64,000 nucleotides of DNA from the NCBI GenBank assembly GCA_964483115.1, contig CAYZZF010000001.1, positions 19,907 through 83,906 on the forward strand, given 5' to 3'. Shown one piece after another: positions 1 to 9,286 of the stretch. This DNA comes from an uncultured Gammaproteobacteria bacterium (lineage in GTDB: Bacteria > Patescibacteriota > Microgenomatia > Levybacterales > UBA12049). A program made the translations under genes and the position numbers. A model generated the notes under the pieces. The model made no database searches and was not told the origin of the DNA. It worked only from the letters and a program-made list of their open reading frames with translations. Position 1 is the stretch's first letter, and each line of letters starts with the position of its first letter.

Positions 1-1389
1 ATTTCCGATTTTGGAATTACGGTATCACAGGCAAGCTGGATTGCTACCGCGTATATCATTGCAAATGCGATTTTTGTCCCAATTTTTGGAAAACTGGGGG
101 ATTTGACAGGAAGGAAACCATTATATCTTTTTGGGATTGTCGGATTTGTTGTTTCATCGATGTTGGCAGGACTCTCTTCAAACCTTCAGATGCTTATAAT
201 CTTTAGGATTTTACAGGCGATTACCGTTTCCATAGACTATCCTTTGGCACTTTCGATTATAGCTTTTACTTTTGAGGATAGAGGAAGAAGAGCACAGGCG
301 ATGGGGCTTTGGTCTGCAGTTTTCGGTGTTGCAGTAGTATTTGGCCCACTTATAGGAGGGCCTCTTATAGATAGTTTTTCTTGGAGGTCAATATTTTATA
401 TCAATGTTCCCTTAGGAGCACTGGCAACTTTTATGGCCTGGAGGTTTATTGAAGAGCCGGTACAAAAGATAAAAGGGATTAAAAATTTTGATGTGTGGGG
501 TTCGATACTTTTGGGATTAGCTCTGGGCGCATTGGTTTTAGTATTGGATCAAGGACAGAGTTGGGGATGGATAAGTTTCAATAGTATAATTTTCTATCTA
601 GTGACTGTCTTATCGTTAGTTCTTTTCGTCTTTATAGAAAAAAGACAGATTGAACCTATTGTAGACCTTAAATTTTTTAGAATCACCGAATTTACAGCGT
701 CTTTGATAGTCTCTTTCATAACTTTTATGGGCTTAATCGGAGGAATATTCCTTCTCCCTCTTTTCGTTCAGACTTATCTTGGGTACGATGTTACCAAATC
801 AGGATATTTATTCATACCGATGGCTATAGGAATGTTGATGTCTGCCCAGGTCGGCGCAAGACTTTCAGTCAGATTTCTACCAAGATACGTTGTAATGGTA
901 GGACTTTTATGGGCATCTTTCATACTTTATCTTTTTTCTAGCATAGACTTAACTTGGTCATTTGTTCATATAGCAATTCTATTATTCTTTTTCGCTGTGG
1001 GTCTTGGTTTTACTTTTGCGCCCTTAACAAATGCGGCCATATCAAGCGTCCCTATGCAAGAGGTAGGAGTAGCTTCTTCTATTCTTGCGTTGGCTCGAAA
1101 CATAGCTGGTGCATTCGGAATTGCTATCTTTGCCACAATTCTTACAAATAGCGCAAGTTCCGCAATAGTTAATGTACAAAAATATACTATTATTAATAAT
1201 TTTGACCCAAATATATTAAGACAAGCCGCATACCTTATGGTGATTAAGGCAAATTTAGTTTCTTTTAGTACAGTATTTTTTTATTCTATGATATTTACCT
1301 TAATAGGTGCTGGTGCTGCGTTTCTTCTTAGAGAACCAAGAAAAGATTACGAAGGCAAAATAGAATTTTCAAGCCAAGGAACAATGTAG
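1..1389 (+). CDS. DHA2 (EmrB/QacA-type) MFS efflux transporter, 5' end outside window
   Basis: Frame open from base 1 (WIATAYIIANAIFVPIFGKLGDLTGRK, MFS motif A); GPLIGG and WRSIFYINVPLG motifs; many TM segments. Confidence 0.9.
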   Translation: MSDFGITVSQASWIATAYIIANAIFVPIFGKLGDLTGRKPLYLFGIVGFVVSSMLAGLSSNLQMLIIFRILQAITVSIDYPLALSIIAFTFEDRGRRAQAMGLWSAVFGVAVVFGPLIGGPLIDSFSWRSIFYINVPLGALATFMAWRFIEEPVQKIKGIKNFDVWGSILLGLALGALVLVLDQGQSWGWISFNSIIFYLVTVLSLVLFVFIEKRQIEPIVDLKFFRITEFTASLIVSFITFMGLIGGIFLLPLFVQTYLGYDVTKSGYLFIPMAIGMLMSAQVGARLSVRFLPRYVVMVGLLWASFILYLFSSIDLTWSFVHIAILLFFFAVGLGFTFAPLTNAAISSVPMQEVGVASSILALARNIAGAFGIAIFATILTNSASSAIVNVQKYTIINNFDPNILRQAAYLMVIKANLVSFSTVFFYSMIFTLIGAGAAFLLREPRKDYEGKIEFSSQGTM

Positions 1390-1451
1390 TATAATTAAAG
1401 CCTGCATTTTCCATTATTCCAAGTATTTCGCTGATTATAAAGGTACTTACT

Positions 1452-2411
1452 ATGCATAAGGAACAAGAATCAAAAAAATCTAATAAAATTCTTAAAGTTA
1501 GTTCTTTAGGAGGTATTGTGCTAGCATTTAGCGCAATCATGTTCGGATCTACCGATAGAGAAGACAATAATGTATATCGTCCTTCAATCGTTATTACACC
1601 ATCAATTTCAGACTTAGACAAACCAAATGTAGAAGTTAGAAAGATGCCTACTCTGGATCCCCGTAATCTTTTAGGGCCGGATTCTTTGTTATCTCGTCCT
1701 CCAACTGAGTCTCCAGCCGAGATTCCCGCGGCGACCCCAACCGAAACCACTTCCTTGGAACTTAAATTAGATAGAATATCCAGTTTAATTTCTGATTTAT
1801 CAATAATTTTACCAAGAGCGGTAGAACCTTTAACCCCGGCTGAAGAACAAAATATTACGGATATTTTATCACGTTATTTTAACCTTAAGATTACCGCAGA
1901 ACTTGACGGGAAAAGATTAGACAGAAACTATGGTATTATTGGTAAAGAGCAACATCTTCCTCGTTACCCTGGAGACTCTATTGATACACATTTTGATAAT
2001 GAGGAAGATGTAAGACAATTCATGCAAGTTGATATGTCATCCAATCTGGGTGCATGGGGATATTTTGCTCCGTCCCGCGCACAAATGACCAAGCAGGATA
2101 GCGAGCGCGAAAAGTATTACATTGCAGTACAAACCTTTTTATCTCCCGGTTTTAATGAGCATGTTGCGGAATATTACAATTTTTTCAAATACAGAAAAAT
2201 ACTTGTTGTTAATCCCCAAAACGGGAAAGCTGTGGTTGCAGTAATTGGCGATTCCGGTCCTGCTACTTGGACAGGAAAACAGATTGGCGGTTCGCCGGAA
2301 GTTATGAGCTATTTGGAAAGATTGGATGGAGCGGAGCGCGGACCTGTTCTCTACTTTTTTGTTGATGATCCTCAGGACAAAGTGCCTCTAGGCCCAATTA
2401 CTACACAATAA
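1452..2411 (+). CDS. Membrane-anchored exported protein with C-terminal RlpA/DPBB-like domain
   Basis: N-terminal hydrophobic segment, Pro/Thr linker, VVNPQNGKAVVAVIGDSGP resembles the double-psi beta-barrel motif. Confidence 0.5.
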   Translation: MHKEQESKKSNKILKVSSLGGIVLAFSAIMFGSTDREDNNVYRPSIVITPSISDLDKPNVEVRKMPTLDPRNLLGPDSLLSRPPTESPAEIPAATPTETTSLELKLDRISSLISDLSIILPRAVEPLTPAEEQNITDILSRYFNLKITAELDGKRLDRNYGIIGKEQHLPRYPGDSIDTHFDNEEDVRQFMQVDMSSNLGAWGYFAPSRAQMTKQDSEREKYYIAVQTFLSPGFNEHVAEYYNFFKYRKILVVNPQNGKAVVAVIGDSGPATWTGKQIGGSPEVMSYLERLDGAERGPVLYFFVDDPQDKVPLGPITTQ

Positions 2412-2425
2412 CTATGAAGTTGTGA

Positions 2426-3370
2426 TTACTGTGCCTTTTGGAAAAAATCCCAGACCAGGTGGGTTAATTTATCCCCCAATTCATATCTGTCCGTATCATA
2501 CATATATATATCTTCTGCTTCATCAGATTGAGCCATAAAGCTAACAGCATATACTCCTTTTTCTGTAACAACTAAACCGGCATCAACTAAAATATTATCA
2601 AGCCAGCCGGGTTTATGGAAAACTTTTGCTTCATCTTCGAAATAAATTATTTTAACCGTGGGGAGTTGAGCATAGGAAAGAGCAAGTTCTGTAAACTCTT
2701 GAGAGAGAATTTCTCCTTGATAAAGTTTAATCCAAAATAAATTTAAGTCATTAGTTGTAGAATAGTTTTCTCCATAGCCCAAATAAGGATAGTCATCACT
2801 TCCGTCACTAAATCCATTATAAAAACCACTGTCCTGCATTCCCAACTGCGAAACAAAATTATGAAGTTTTTCAAGTCCAGTTTTCACGATTAACTCATCT
2901 GTTGCGGAATTGTCAGATTCTTCCATCATTTGTCTAATTAGAAAATCAATATTAGTGTCTAAAGCATAAAGTCCGACTTGCACATCTTTTAAAACTGAAG
3001 CAAGAACCAAGCTCTTAATTGCAGATGCCGGATAAAATTGTAAGTCCCCATTAATAGAAATTGATTCTTGACTATTCAGATCAGTAATAGAAATTGCCGC
3101 TGTTCCAGAAAACTGTTTAATCTCTTTTTGAAGATTATTTTTAAGTTCCTCCCATTCTCCGGTATTAAAGATTTCAAGTGGAGTAGATGAGGAGGACATT
3201 GGGTTTAACTCTGGAATTGACGTTGGAGTAACGATTGTAGGATAAGATACTCGTTTACTTTCTCTATCAGTACATCCAGATAAACCAGCAGTAGTTATCA
3301 GTACCAAGCTTCCTAAAAAAGAAGTAGTTTTAAATACTCTAGATTTTCTTGTTTCTTGCTCTTTAGACAT
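2426..3370 (-). CDS. Serine hydrolase, class A beta-lactamase/PBP-like, probable lipoprotein
   Basis: PASAIK (SxxK), SDN and HKPG (KTG position) motifs; lipobox-like LSGC. Confidence 0.85.
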   Translation of the reverse strand: MSKEQETRKSRVFKTTSFLGSLVLITTAGLSGCTDRESKRVSYPTIVTPTSIPELNPMSSSSTPLEIFNTGEWEELKNNLQKEIKQFSGTAAISITDLNSQESISINGDLQFYPASAIKSLVLASVLKDVQVGLYALDTNIDFLIRQMMEESDNSATDELIVKTGLEKLHNFVSQLGMQDSGFYNGFSDGSDDYPYLGYGENYSTTNDLNLFWIKLYQGEILSQEFTELALSYAQLPTVKIIYFEDEAKVFHKPGWLDNILVDAGLVVTEKGVYAVSFMAQSDEAEDIYMYDTDRYELGDKLTHLVWDFFQKAQ

Positions 3371-3426
3371 ACAGATAATTTTATATGAGCTTTTCGTTAT
3401 CTTCCTTTAAACTTATAACTTTATAT

Positions 3427-4374
3427 TTATTTTATTCCTTCTCTCATTGTAATCATTTGCCAATTATTGGCATTTGCAGCTCCTATAATAGATGGAAGTG
3501 CAATTATATCATCAGGAATAGCATGTTGAAGAATAATGGTTCCTTGAAAAAAATTTTCAAATACGTTTCCAAGAATGTAGTTTATAGCGTCTTGATCAGT
3601 TCTTGGATATACTCGCCATCCGTTTGAATCTGAAGACCACATTGCAACCTTTAAACCTAGTTCCCCGCAAACTTTTAAAAGAAGAGGATTTTGATAGCCA
3701 AATATACCAGCACCGCCGGGTGGCCTTAAAAAGTACTGCCTGTAATCGCCCCCTACAGCTTCTTGTACAGCTTCTTGTTGTTTTAATATCTGATATCTTA
3801 TTTCATCTTCTGAAATATTTTCTAGCCATTCATGACTCCATGTATGATTTTCAATTGCATGCCCTTGCGCAACAGCTCTTTTATAGAGTTCTGGAGCAAA
3901 TCCTATAGTTCTACCGACTGGGTAGAATGTAAGATGTACATTATATTTTTGAGCAACATCAAGAGCTTGTTCTACTTGTGCGGGGTCCCAACCGTCATCA
4001 ATGGTAAGATATATTTGAGGTTTGTCTGCATTCCCTCTCCATACCACCTCTGCCGGTTTTGGTACTTCGATAGAAGCCGTGGGTTCGGGGGTAGGTTCTG
4101 GTATTGGTGTAGATTTAGGAGTAGAAGTTGATTCTGGAGTAGGTGATGGTTCTGGTGTTTTTGGCATAAGTTCCGAAATAGAAGTTGGTGTAGAAGCAAA
4201 AGGAGGTGCTTGATTACGACCTAGAAGTGGGTTAGGTGCATCTGGCTTTTCTGGCATGCCACAAGCGATTGTTATCAATCCTATACTTGTCGAGAGCGCA
4301 CCTTTTAAAATTTGTCGCCTAGAAAACTGCCGATTAAATATAAAGGTTTTTCGAATTTCTTTGTTGTTGCCCAT
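3427..4374 (-). CDS. Polysaccharide deacetylase (CE4/NodB), lipoprotein-type leader
   Basis: LTIDDG, NHTWSH, LRPPGG, IILQH motifs; start moved to ATG 4374 because the promoter overlaps the longer ORF start; TIAC lipobox. Confidence 0.9.
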   Translation of the reverse strand: MGNNKEIRKTFIFNRQFSRRQILKGALSTSIGLITIACGMPEKPDAPNPLLGRNQAPPFASTPTSISELMPKTPEPSPTPESTSTPKSTPIPEPTPEPTASIEVPKPAEVVWRGNADKPQIYLTIDDGWDPAQVEQALDVAQKYNVHLTFYPVGRTIGFAPELYKRAVAQGHAIENHTWSHEWLENISEDEIRYQILKQQEAVQEAVGGDYRQYFLRPPGGAGIFGYQNPLLLKVCGELGLKVAMWSSDSNGWRVYPRTDQDAINYILGNVFENFFQGTIILQHAIPDDIIALPSIIGAANANNWQMITMREGIK

Positions 4375-4406
4375 ATTAGGGCAGCGTTTTATAGGATAAT
4401 AGATGG

Positions 4407-4435
4407 ATACTATCAAATTACAGTCAATACGTCAA
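4407..4435 (-). promoter_or_regulatory. sigma70-type promoter for the minus-strand deacetylase
   Basis: Minus strand TTGACG-N17-TAGTAT with TG extension. Confidence 0.6.
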
Positions 4436-4444
4436 GGCCACAGC

Positions 4445-4474
4445 TTGACAAAGGTAATAGATCTATGATATTAA
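4445..4474 (+). promoter_or_regulatory. Possible divergent sigma70 promoter
   Basis: TTGACA at 4445 followed by TGATATTAA; -10 imperfect. Confidence 0.35.
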
Positions 4475-4522
4475 ATTATTCAACTGTCTCAAAACTTCTA
4501 CGTTTCTGACTGCCCCAAAAAA

Positions 4523-5755
4523 ATGAAAAAAGAACGTAATTCTTCAGTTAAAAATTCTACTATTCCAGAAAACCTTTACAGGTCTAAGTTTTTAGAAGCT
4601 GTAAAGATTGTTTCCGACTCAAAAAATAAACTAGGTTTTATGCGCAAATTGGCAATTAGAGCCGCTATTTTGGCTCCAGCCTTTCTCTATGCTGCCTGTG
4701 CTGCAAGAGGCAATAACGATGAGGATTCTTTACCAAAATCATTCGCGAGTAATATCCCAAACGCAGCAAGTATTTTTGAGCCATCTCCTAGTCCAACTTT
4801 TGAAATCGTTTCTACACCAACTCCAACACCTGAATTAACTCTTGAGCCGACTCCACAACCAATCCCAAGTCCTACTCCTGAGCCAACGTTAGAGCCAACC
4901 CCAGAACCACCACAGGTTGATCTAAGTATTTGTCAACCCCAAGATACAAAGAAGGAAGGAACGCTCTATGTTACACCCAATATAGGTGTTAAAAAGAGAG
5001 TTTTTCCTTCTTTAGACTCGGTTTTTAATGGAGGAACTGCTTTAAATACAGAGCTTCTAATTGAATGTGAGAGAGATACCGATGGAGGGGTATGGTTTAG
5101 AGTTAATAGTTCTTACGGGGAATTTTGGATATCACAGCTTTATACAAGCAATGAACCGGTTTCAGTTCCGACACAGACGACATACACAGTACCACCAGAT
5201 AATTCCCGGTCGGAAATTAGACCAGGTGACGGCAACAAGATTATTCTGACATTTGATGATTCAGGGATGATGGAACAGATACTTGATATCTTAGACAGTT
5301 ACGGTGCCAAAGCCATTTTCTTCCCTACAGGTGACTATGCGAACAGTGTGCCCGATATTATACAGCGAGCCGAAAAAGAAGGCCATCTTGTCTGTAATCA
5401 CACAAAAGATCACGCAGATTTAACAACGCTTTCAGGTGAAGGAGTAAAGGAGGAAATTTTAGGTGGTGCTGGTGTGGGCGAATGTAATTTTCTTAGGCCT
5501 CCGTACGGGGCACACAATAATTTTGTTGATTCTATTGCAGAGAGTCTTGGTTATACAATTTTTATGTGGGATATAGATACAATGGATTGGGCAAGGCGCT
5601 ATCCCGGTGGTGATCAAGAGATTTTGAATATTGCATTATCCCAAGCTTATCCGGGTGCTGTCATATTGATGCACATGCACGTTCCTAATACAATAATTGC
5701 GCTTCCAGCAATACTTAAGGGATTAAAAGATGCTGGCTACGAATTACATTGGTAA
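4523..5755 (+). CDS. Polysaccharide deacetylase (CE4/NodB) with Pro/Thr linker and possible SH3b-like domain
   Basis: LTFDD, NHTKDH, LRPPYG, WDIDTMDW, ILMH motifs; YAAC lipobox-like. Confidence 0.9.
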   Translation: MKKERNSSVKNSTIPENLYRSKFLEAVKIVSDSKNKLGFMRKLAIRAAILAPAFLYAACAARGNNDEDSLPKSFASNIPNAASIFEPSPSPTFEIVSTPTPTPELTLEPTPQPIPSPTPEPTLEPTPEPPQVDLSICQPQDTKKEGTLYVTPNIGVKKRVFPSLDSVFNGGTALNTELLIECERDTDGGVWFRVNSSYGEFWISQLYTSNEPVSVPTQTTYTVPPDNSRSEIRPGDGNKIILTFDDSGMMEQILDILDSYGAKAIFFPTGDYANSVPDIIQRAEKEGHLVCNHTKDHADLTTLSGEGVKEEILGGAGVGECNFLRPPYGAHNNFVDSIAESLGYTIFMWDIDTMDWARRYPGGDQEILNIALSQAYPGAVILMHMHVPNTIIALPAILKGLKDAGYELHW

Positions 5756-5769
5756 GGTTGGTCTCCAAA

Positions 5770-5798
5770 TTGTGTTGAGAATTTTTTTCTAGTATAAT
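5770..5798 (+). promoter_or_regulatory. Promoter at start of glycosylation locus
   Basis: TTGTGT-N17-TATAAT; in-frame GTG 7 nt downstream. Confidence 0.55.
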
Positions 5799-5805
5799 TT
5801 TGAAT

Positions 5806-6561
5806 GTGGATAGAGTTTTTCTTTCTATTGTGGTCCCCTCTTATAATGAAATGGCAAATCTTCAAAAAGGAGTCTTAGATAAGGTTGCACATTTTTTAGA
5901 AAAACAAAAGTATCGGTATGAAGTTATTATTGTTGATGATGGGTCTACGGATGGAAGTGTGGAGTTTGTCGAAAACTTTATAAAAGATAACATAAACTTT
6001 AAAATTATTAAAGATAATCATCTTGGTAAAGCAGGAGCAGTGACTGATGGAGTACTTGAAGCAAGGGGTGAATATATACTTTTTGCCGATATGGATCAGG
6101 CAACCCCAATTGAGGAAATCGATAAACTCCTACCGCCTTTGAGAAACGGTTTTGATATTGCAATTGGTTCAAGACATTCCCAAAGGAAAGGTGCTCCCTG
6201 GACAAGACTTATTATGGCGAAAGGTATGATATTTCTCAGAACTTTGTTAATCGGCATTTCGGGAATTTCTGATACTCAATGTGGGTTTAAAATGTTTAGA
6301 CACGATATTGCAAAAAAACTTTTCGAGAAGATAAAAAATATTCATAAGGGTTTTAAAGAAATATCCGGATCTAATGTATCTGCAGGATTTGACATCGAGC
6401 TTTTGTATTTAGCACAGAAGCTAGGTTATAAGATTAAAGAGGTCTCCGTAAATTGGCTTTATGTTGAAACGCGAAGAGTAAATCCTGTAAGAGATTCGAT
6501 CGATGGTTTACTAGATCTTATTGGAATTAAGATTAATTCTATAAAAGGAATCTACAAATAG
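5806..6561 (+). CDS. GT2, dolichyl/polyprenyl-phosphate glucose synthase-like
   Basis: VVPSYNE, VDDGSTD, FADMD, DTQCGFKMF, FDIELL; GTG start at 5806 preferred over TTG at 5800. Confidence 0.9.
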   Translation: MDRVFLSIVVPSYNEMANLQKGVLDKVAHFLEKQKYRYEVIIVDDGSTDGSVEFVENFIKDNINFKIIKDNHLGKAGAVTDGVLEARGEYILFADMDQATPIEEIDKLLPPLRNGFDIAIGSRHSQRKGAPWTRLIMAKGMIFLRTLLIGISGISDTQCGFKMFRHDIAKKLFEKIKNIHKGFKEISGSNVSAGFDIELLYLAQKLGYKIKEVSVNWLYVETRRVNPVRDSIDGLLDLIGIKINSIKGIYK

Positions 6562-6562
6562 A

Positions 6563-7753
6563 ATGTCAAATCTCAAATCTCAAATCTCAAATCTCAAAAC
6601 TTTGGCATCTTTTTATTTGATAACAATTATTGCTTTATTCTTTTATTCTTTTACCCAAGTTGACTTAAATCTTACCTTGTCCAGGTGGTCTGTTTGGCAG
6701 GTAATTGAGAAATTTTTTCAGCATATAGGTTATTTTAACCGGCCACTCTCAACAAGTTTCTTTATTGCAATTATTGCATCGTTGTTTATCTTTTACATGA
6801 TATTTCTTTTCCTTTCTTACAAAAATAAGATTAGTGAAAAACAGGTATGGTATTTAATTATATTAACAGCTGTAATTTTATTATTTTCCTACAATGCATT
6901 TTCTTACGATTTATTCAACTATATCTTTGATGCAAAAATAATAACTTATTACCGTCAAAATCCGTATTTGCATCGTGCCCTTGATTTTCCTGCTGACCCG
7001 ATGCTTTCTTTTATGCGTTGGACGCATAGGTTTTATCCATACGGTCCGGTTTGGCTTGTCTTAACAGTTCCTCTATCGTTTGTTGGGTTTAATCACTTTC
7101 TTCCTACTTTTTTTCTTTTTAAGTTTCTCGGAGTCTTGAGTTTTCTAGGAACAGCCTTTTTTATAGGAAGGATTCTGCGCAAGATTTCTCCAGAAGATAA
7201 AATTTTTGGACTTATTCTTTTTGCATTTAACCCCCTAGTTATTATAGAAGGATTAGTATCGGCACATAATGATATGCCTATGATGTTTTTTGCCATATTG
7301 TCGCTATATCTCTTTTTAGAGAGGAAACATTTTTATTCATTTGTATCACTTCTTTTATCAATTGGGATTAAGTTTGCTACGGCATTTATAATTCCCGTTT
7401 ATGTTTATTTGCTTTTTAAGAGAAGACAAAAAGAGATCAACTGGAACAAAATCTTTATTTCGATAATTTTGCTTATGATTGTACCTATTATTATTGCAAC
7501 AATTAGGACCAATTTCCAACCATGGTATTTACTATATGTTCTGTCATTTACAGCTTTTATCAAAAAAAGTTTCTATGTGATTATTCCAGTTATCGTTTTA
7601 TCCTTTTTTTCTCTTTTAGAATATGTTCCTTTTCTATATCTTGGGAATTGGAATCCGCCGGTGCCGTTTATATTAAATTTGATTATGGTTATCTCAATTA
7701 TCGTCTCGATAGTTTTAATTATCGGCTGGAGATTTAGGCAAAAATATGCTTAA
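6563..7753 (+). CDS. GT-C membrane glycosyltransferase (MptA/MptB or GT87-like)
   Basis: Multi-TM; SYDLFNY, YPYGPVW, AFNPL, AHND motifs. Confidence 0.7.
   Translation: MSNLKSQISNLKTLASFYLITIIALFFYSFTQVDLNLTLSRWSVWQVIEKFFQHIGYFNRPLSTSFFIAIIASLFIFYMIFLFLSYKNKISEKQVWYLIILTAVILLFSYNAFSYDLFNYIFDAKIITYYRQNPYLHRALDFPADPMLSFMRWTHRFYPYGPVWLVLTVPLSFVGFNHFLPTFFLFKFLGVLSFLGTAFFIGRILRKISPEDKIFGLILFAFNPLVIIEGLVSAHNDMPMMFFAILSLYLFLERKHFYSFVSLLLSIGIKFATAFIIPVYVYLLFKRRQKEINWNKIFISIILLMIVPIIIATIRTNFQPWYLLYVLSFTAFIKKSFYVIIPVIVLSFFSLLEYVPFLYLGNWNPPVPFILNLIMVISIIVSIVLIIGWRFRQKYA
6566..6600 (+). repeat. Heptamer array (TCAAATC)x4+TCAAAAC directly after the start codon
   Basis: Read directly; encodes SNLKSQISNLK. 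Confidence 0.95.
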
Positions 7754-7772
7754 CTATTGGTATAATCTTTTT

Positions 7773-9278
7773 ATGATAGTCAAAAAATACAGGTTTGAAA
7801 TTATTGCTGGTATCGCAATTTTTGTACTTTACTTTGTAACTCGCCTGTACAATATCATGTCTCTTCCAATTTTCACCGATGAGGCTATTTATACTCGATG
7901 GTCTCAGATTGCAAGATTTGATGCAAGCTGGCGATTTATTTCTTTGACAGACGGCAAACAGCCACTTTTTGTCTGGCTTAATATGACGGTGATGAGAATT
8001 ATTCGTGATCCTTTAATGGCAGGAAGAATAGTCTCGGTTTTTGCAGGATTTTTTACAATGCTCGGGCTTTTCTTTTTGGGCAATGAAATATTTAAAAATC
8101 GCTCCATAGGAATTTTATCTGCCACTGTCTATATTATTTTTCCGTTTGCTCTCGTTTACGACCGGATGGCACTTTATGACACTTTAGTGGGAACTTTTAC
8201 TGTCTGGAGCTTGTATTTTGAAATCCTTTTAATAAGGTATATTCGTCTTGATGTAGCATTAATTCTGGGAATAATACTGGGCGGCGGAGTTCTCACTAAG
8301 ACTTCAGGATTTTTTAATATCTATCTTGCTCCTTTTTTACTTCTTATTTTTGATTGGGGGAGCAAAAATAAATTAAAAAAATTAATAAAGTGGGCAGTAC
8401 TTATGGTCGTTGCTGTTATTCTTGCCTATGGATATTATTCTATTTTAAGACTCTCGCCTTTTTTCTACATCATAAATGAAAAAAATACAATTTTTATTTA
8501 TTCTTTTCGTGATTGGCTTTCTCACCCGTTTAATTTTTTCATAGGTAATATTAGAGGACTTTGGGATTGGTTTATAACATATATCACCTGGCCTTTTTTT
8601 ATTCTTATAATTTTATCTTTTTTCATTTCGCTAAAATTCACAAGAGAAAAAATTATTCTTGTAATTTGGTTTACTGTTCCTTTTGTCGCTCTTGCTCTTT
8701 TTGGAAGAGTCTTGTATCCCAGATTTATTCTTTTTATGACCTTGTCGCTCATTCCTCTTATAGCATTTTCCCTCACTGAAATATTTAAAATTTTGAAAAA
8801 TAAATATATATTGGTTGCACTTCTAATAGTCTTTTCTGTCCTGGCAATTCGGTCTGACTATCTAGTCCTCTCCGATTTTGCAAAAGCCCCGATTCCTCAG
8901 TCAGATCTTGGCCAGTATATAAATGATTGGCCCTCAGGGGGAGGAATAAGAGAGATAATTAATTATCTCTTGGATGAATCAAAAAAGGGTAAAATTTATG
9001 TTGCGTCACTTGGAACTTTTGGGTCTCTTCCCACATATTCCGTTGAAATTTATTTAGGAGATGATAAGAATATCGAAAAACGAGGAATATATCCTATTCC
9101 TGCAGAGATTCCTAAAGATTTAATTGAGAAGTCTAAAATAATGCCTACTTTTGTGCTTTTCTCAAATCAACATGAATTTGAAAAAGCTATTAAAAACTGG
9201 CCAATCTATCCTGTTATTGAGTACAAAAAAGGAATTAAAGATTCCTACTCAAGGCTATACAGGGTCCAATCAATCTAA
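7773..9278 (+). CDS. ArnT/PMT-like GT-C glycosyltransferase
   Basis: RL...PIFTDEAIY loop motif, multi-TM; ATG 7773 lies 6 nt after TGgTATAAT (ORF also open from 7746). Confidence 0.8.
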   Translation: MIVKKYRFEIIAGIAIFVLYFVTRLYNIMSLPIFTDEAIYTRWSQIARFDASWRFISLTDGKQPLFVWLNMTVMRIIRDPLMAGRIVSVFAGFFTMLGLFFLGNEIFKNRSIGILSATVYIIFPFALVYDRMALYDTLVGTFTVWSLYFEILLIRYIRLDVALILGIILGGGVLTKTSGFFNIYLAPFLLLIFDWGSKNKLKKLIKWAVLMVVAVILAYGYYSILRLSPFFYIINEKNTIFIYSFRDWLSHPFNFFIGNIRGLWDWFITYITWPFFILIILSFFISLKFTREKIILVIWFTVPFVALALFGRVLYPRFILFMTLSLIPLIAFSLTEIFKILKNKYILVALLIVFSVLAIRSDYLVLSDFAKAPIPQSDLGQYINDWPSGGGIREIINYLLDESKKGKIYVASLGTFGSLPTYSVEIYLGDDKNIEKRGIYPIPAEIPKDLIEKSKIMPTFVLFSNQHEFEKAIKNWPIYPVIEYKKGIKDSYSRLYRVQSI

Positions 9279-9286
9279 AATTTCAT

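Noticed and set aside
2426-3370. Functional beta-lactam resistance gene
   Set aside because: KTG is replaced by KPG and no clear Glu166 omega-loop motif was seen; only the fold family is supportable
4790-4915. PTPEPT-coding repeats as members of the heptamer family
   Set aside because: Periodicity is codon-based with varied synonymous sites; an ordinary protein linker
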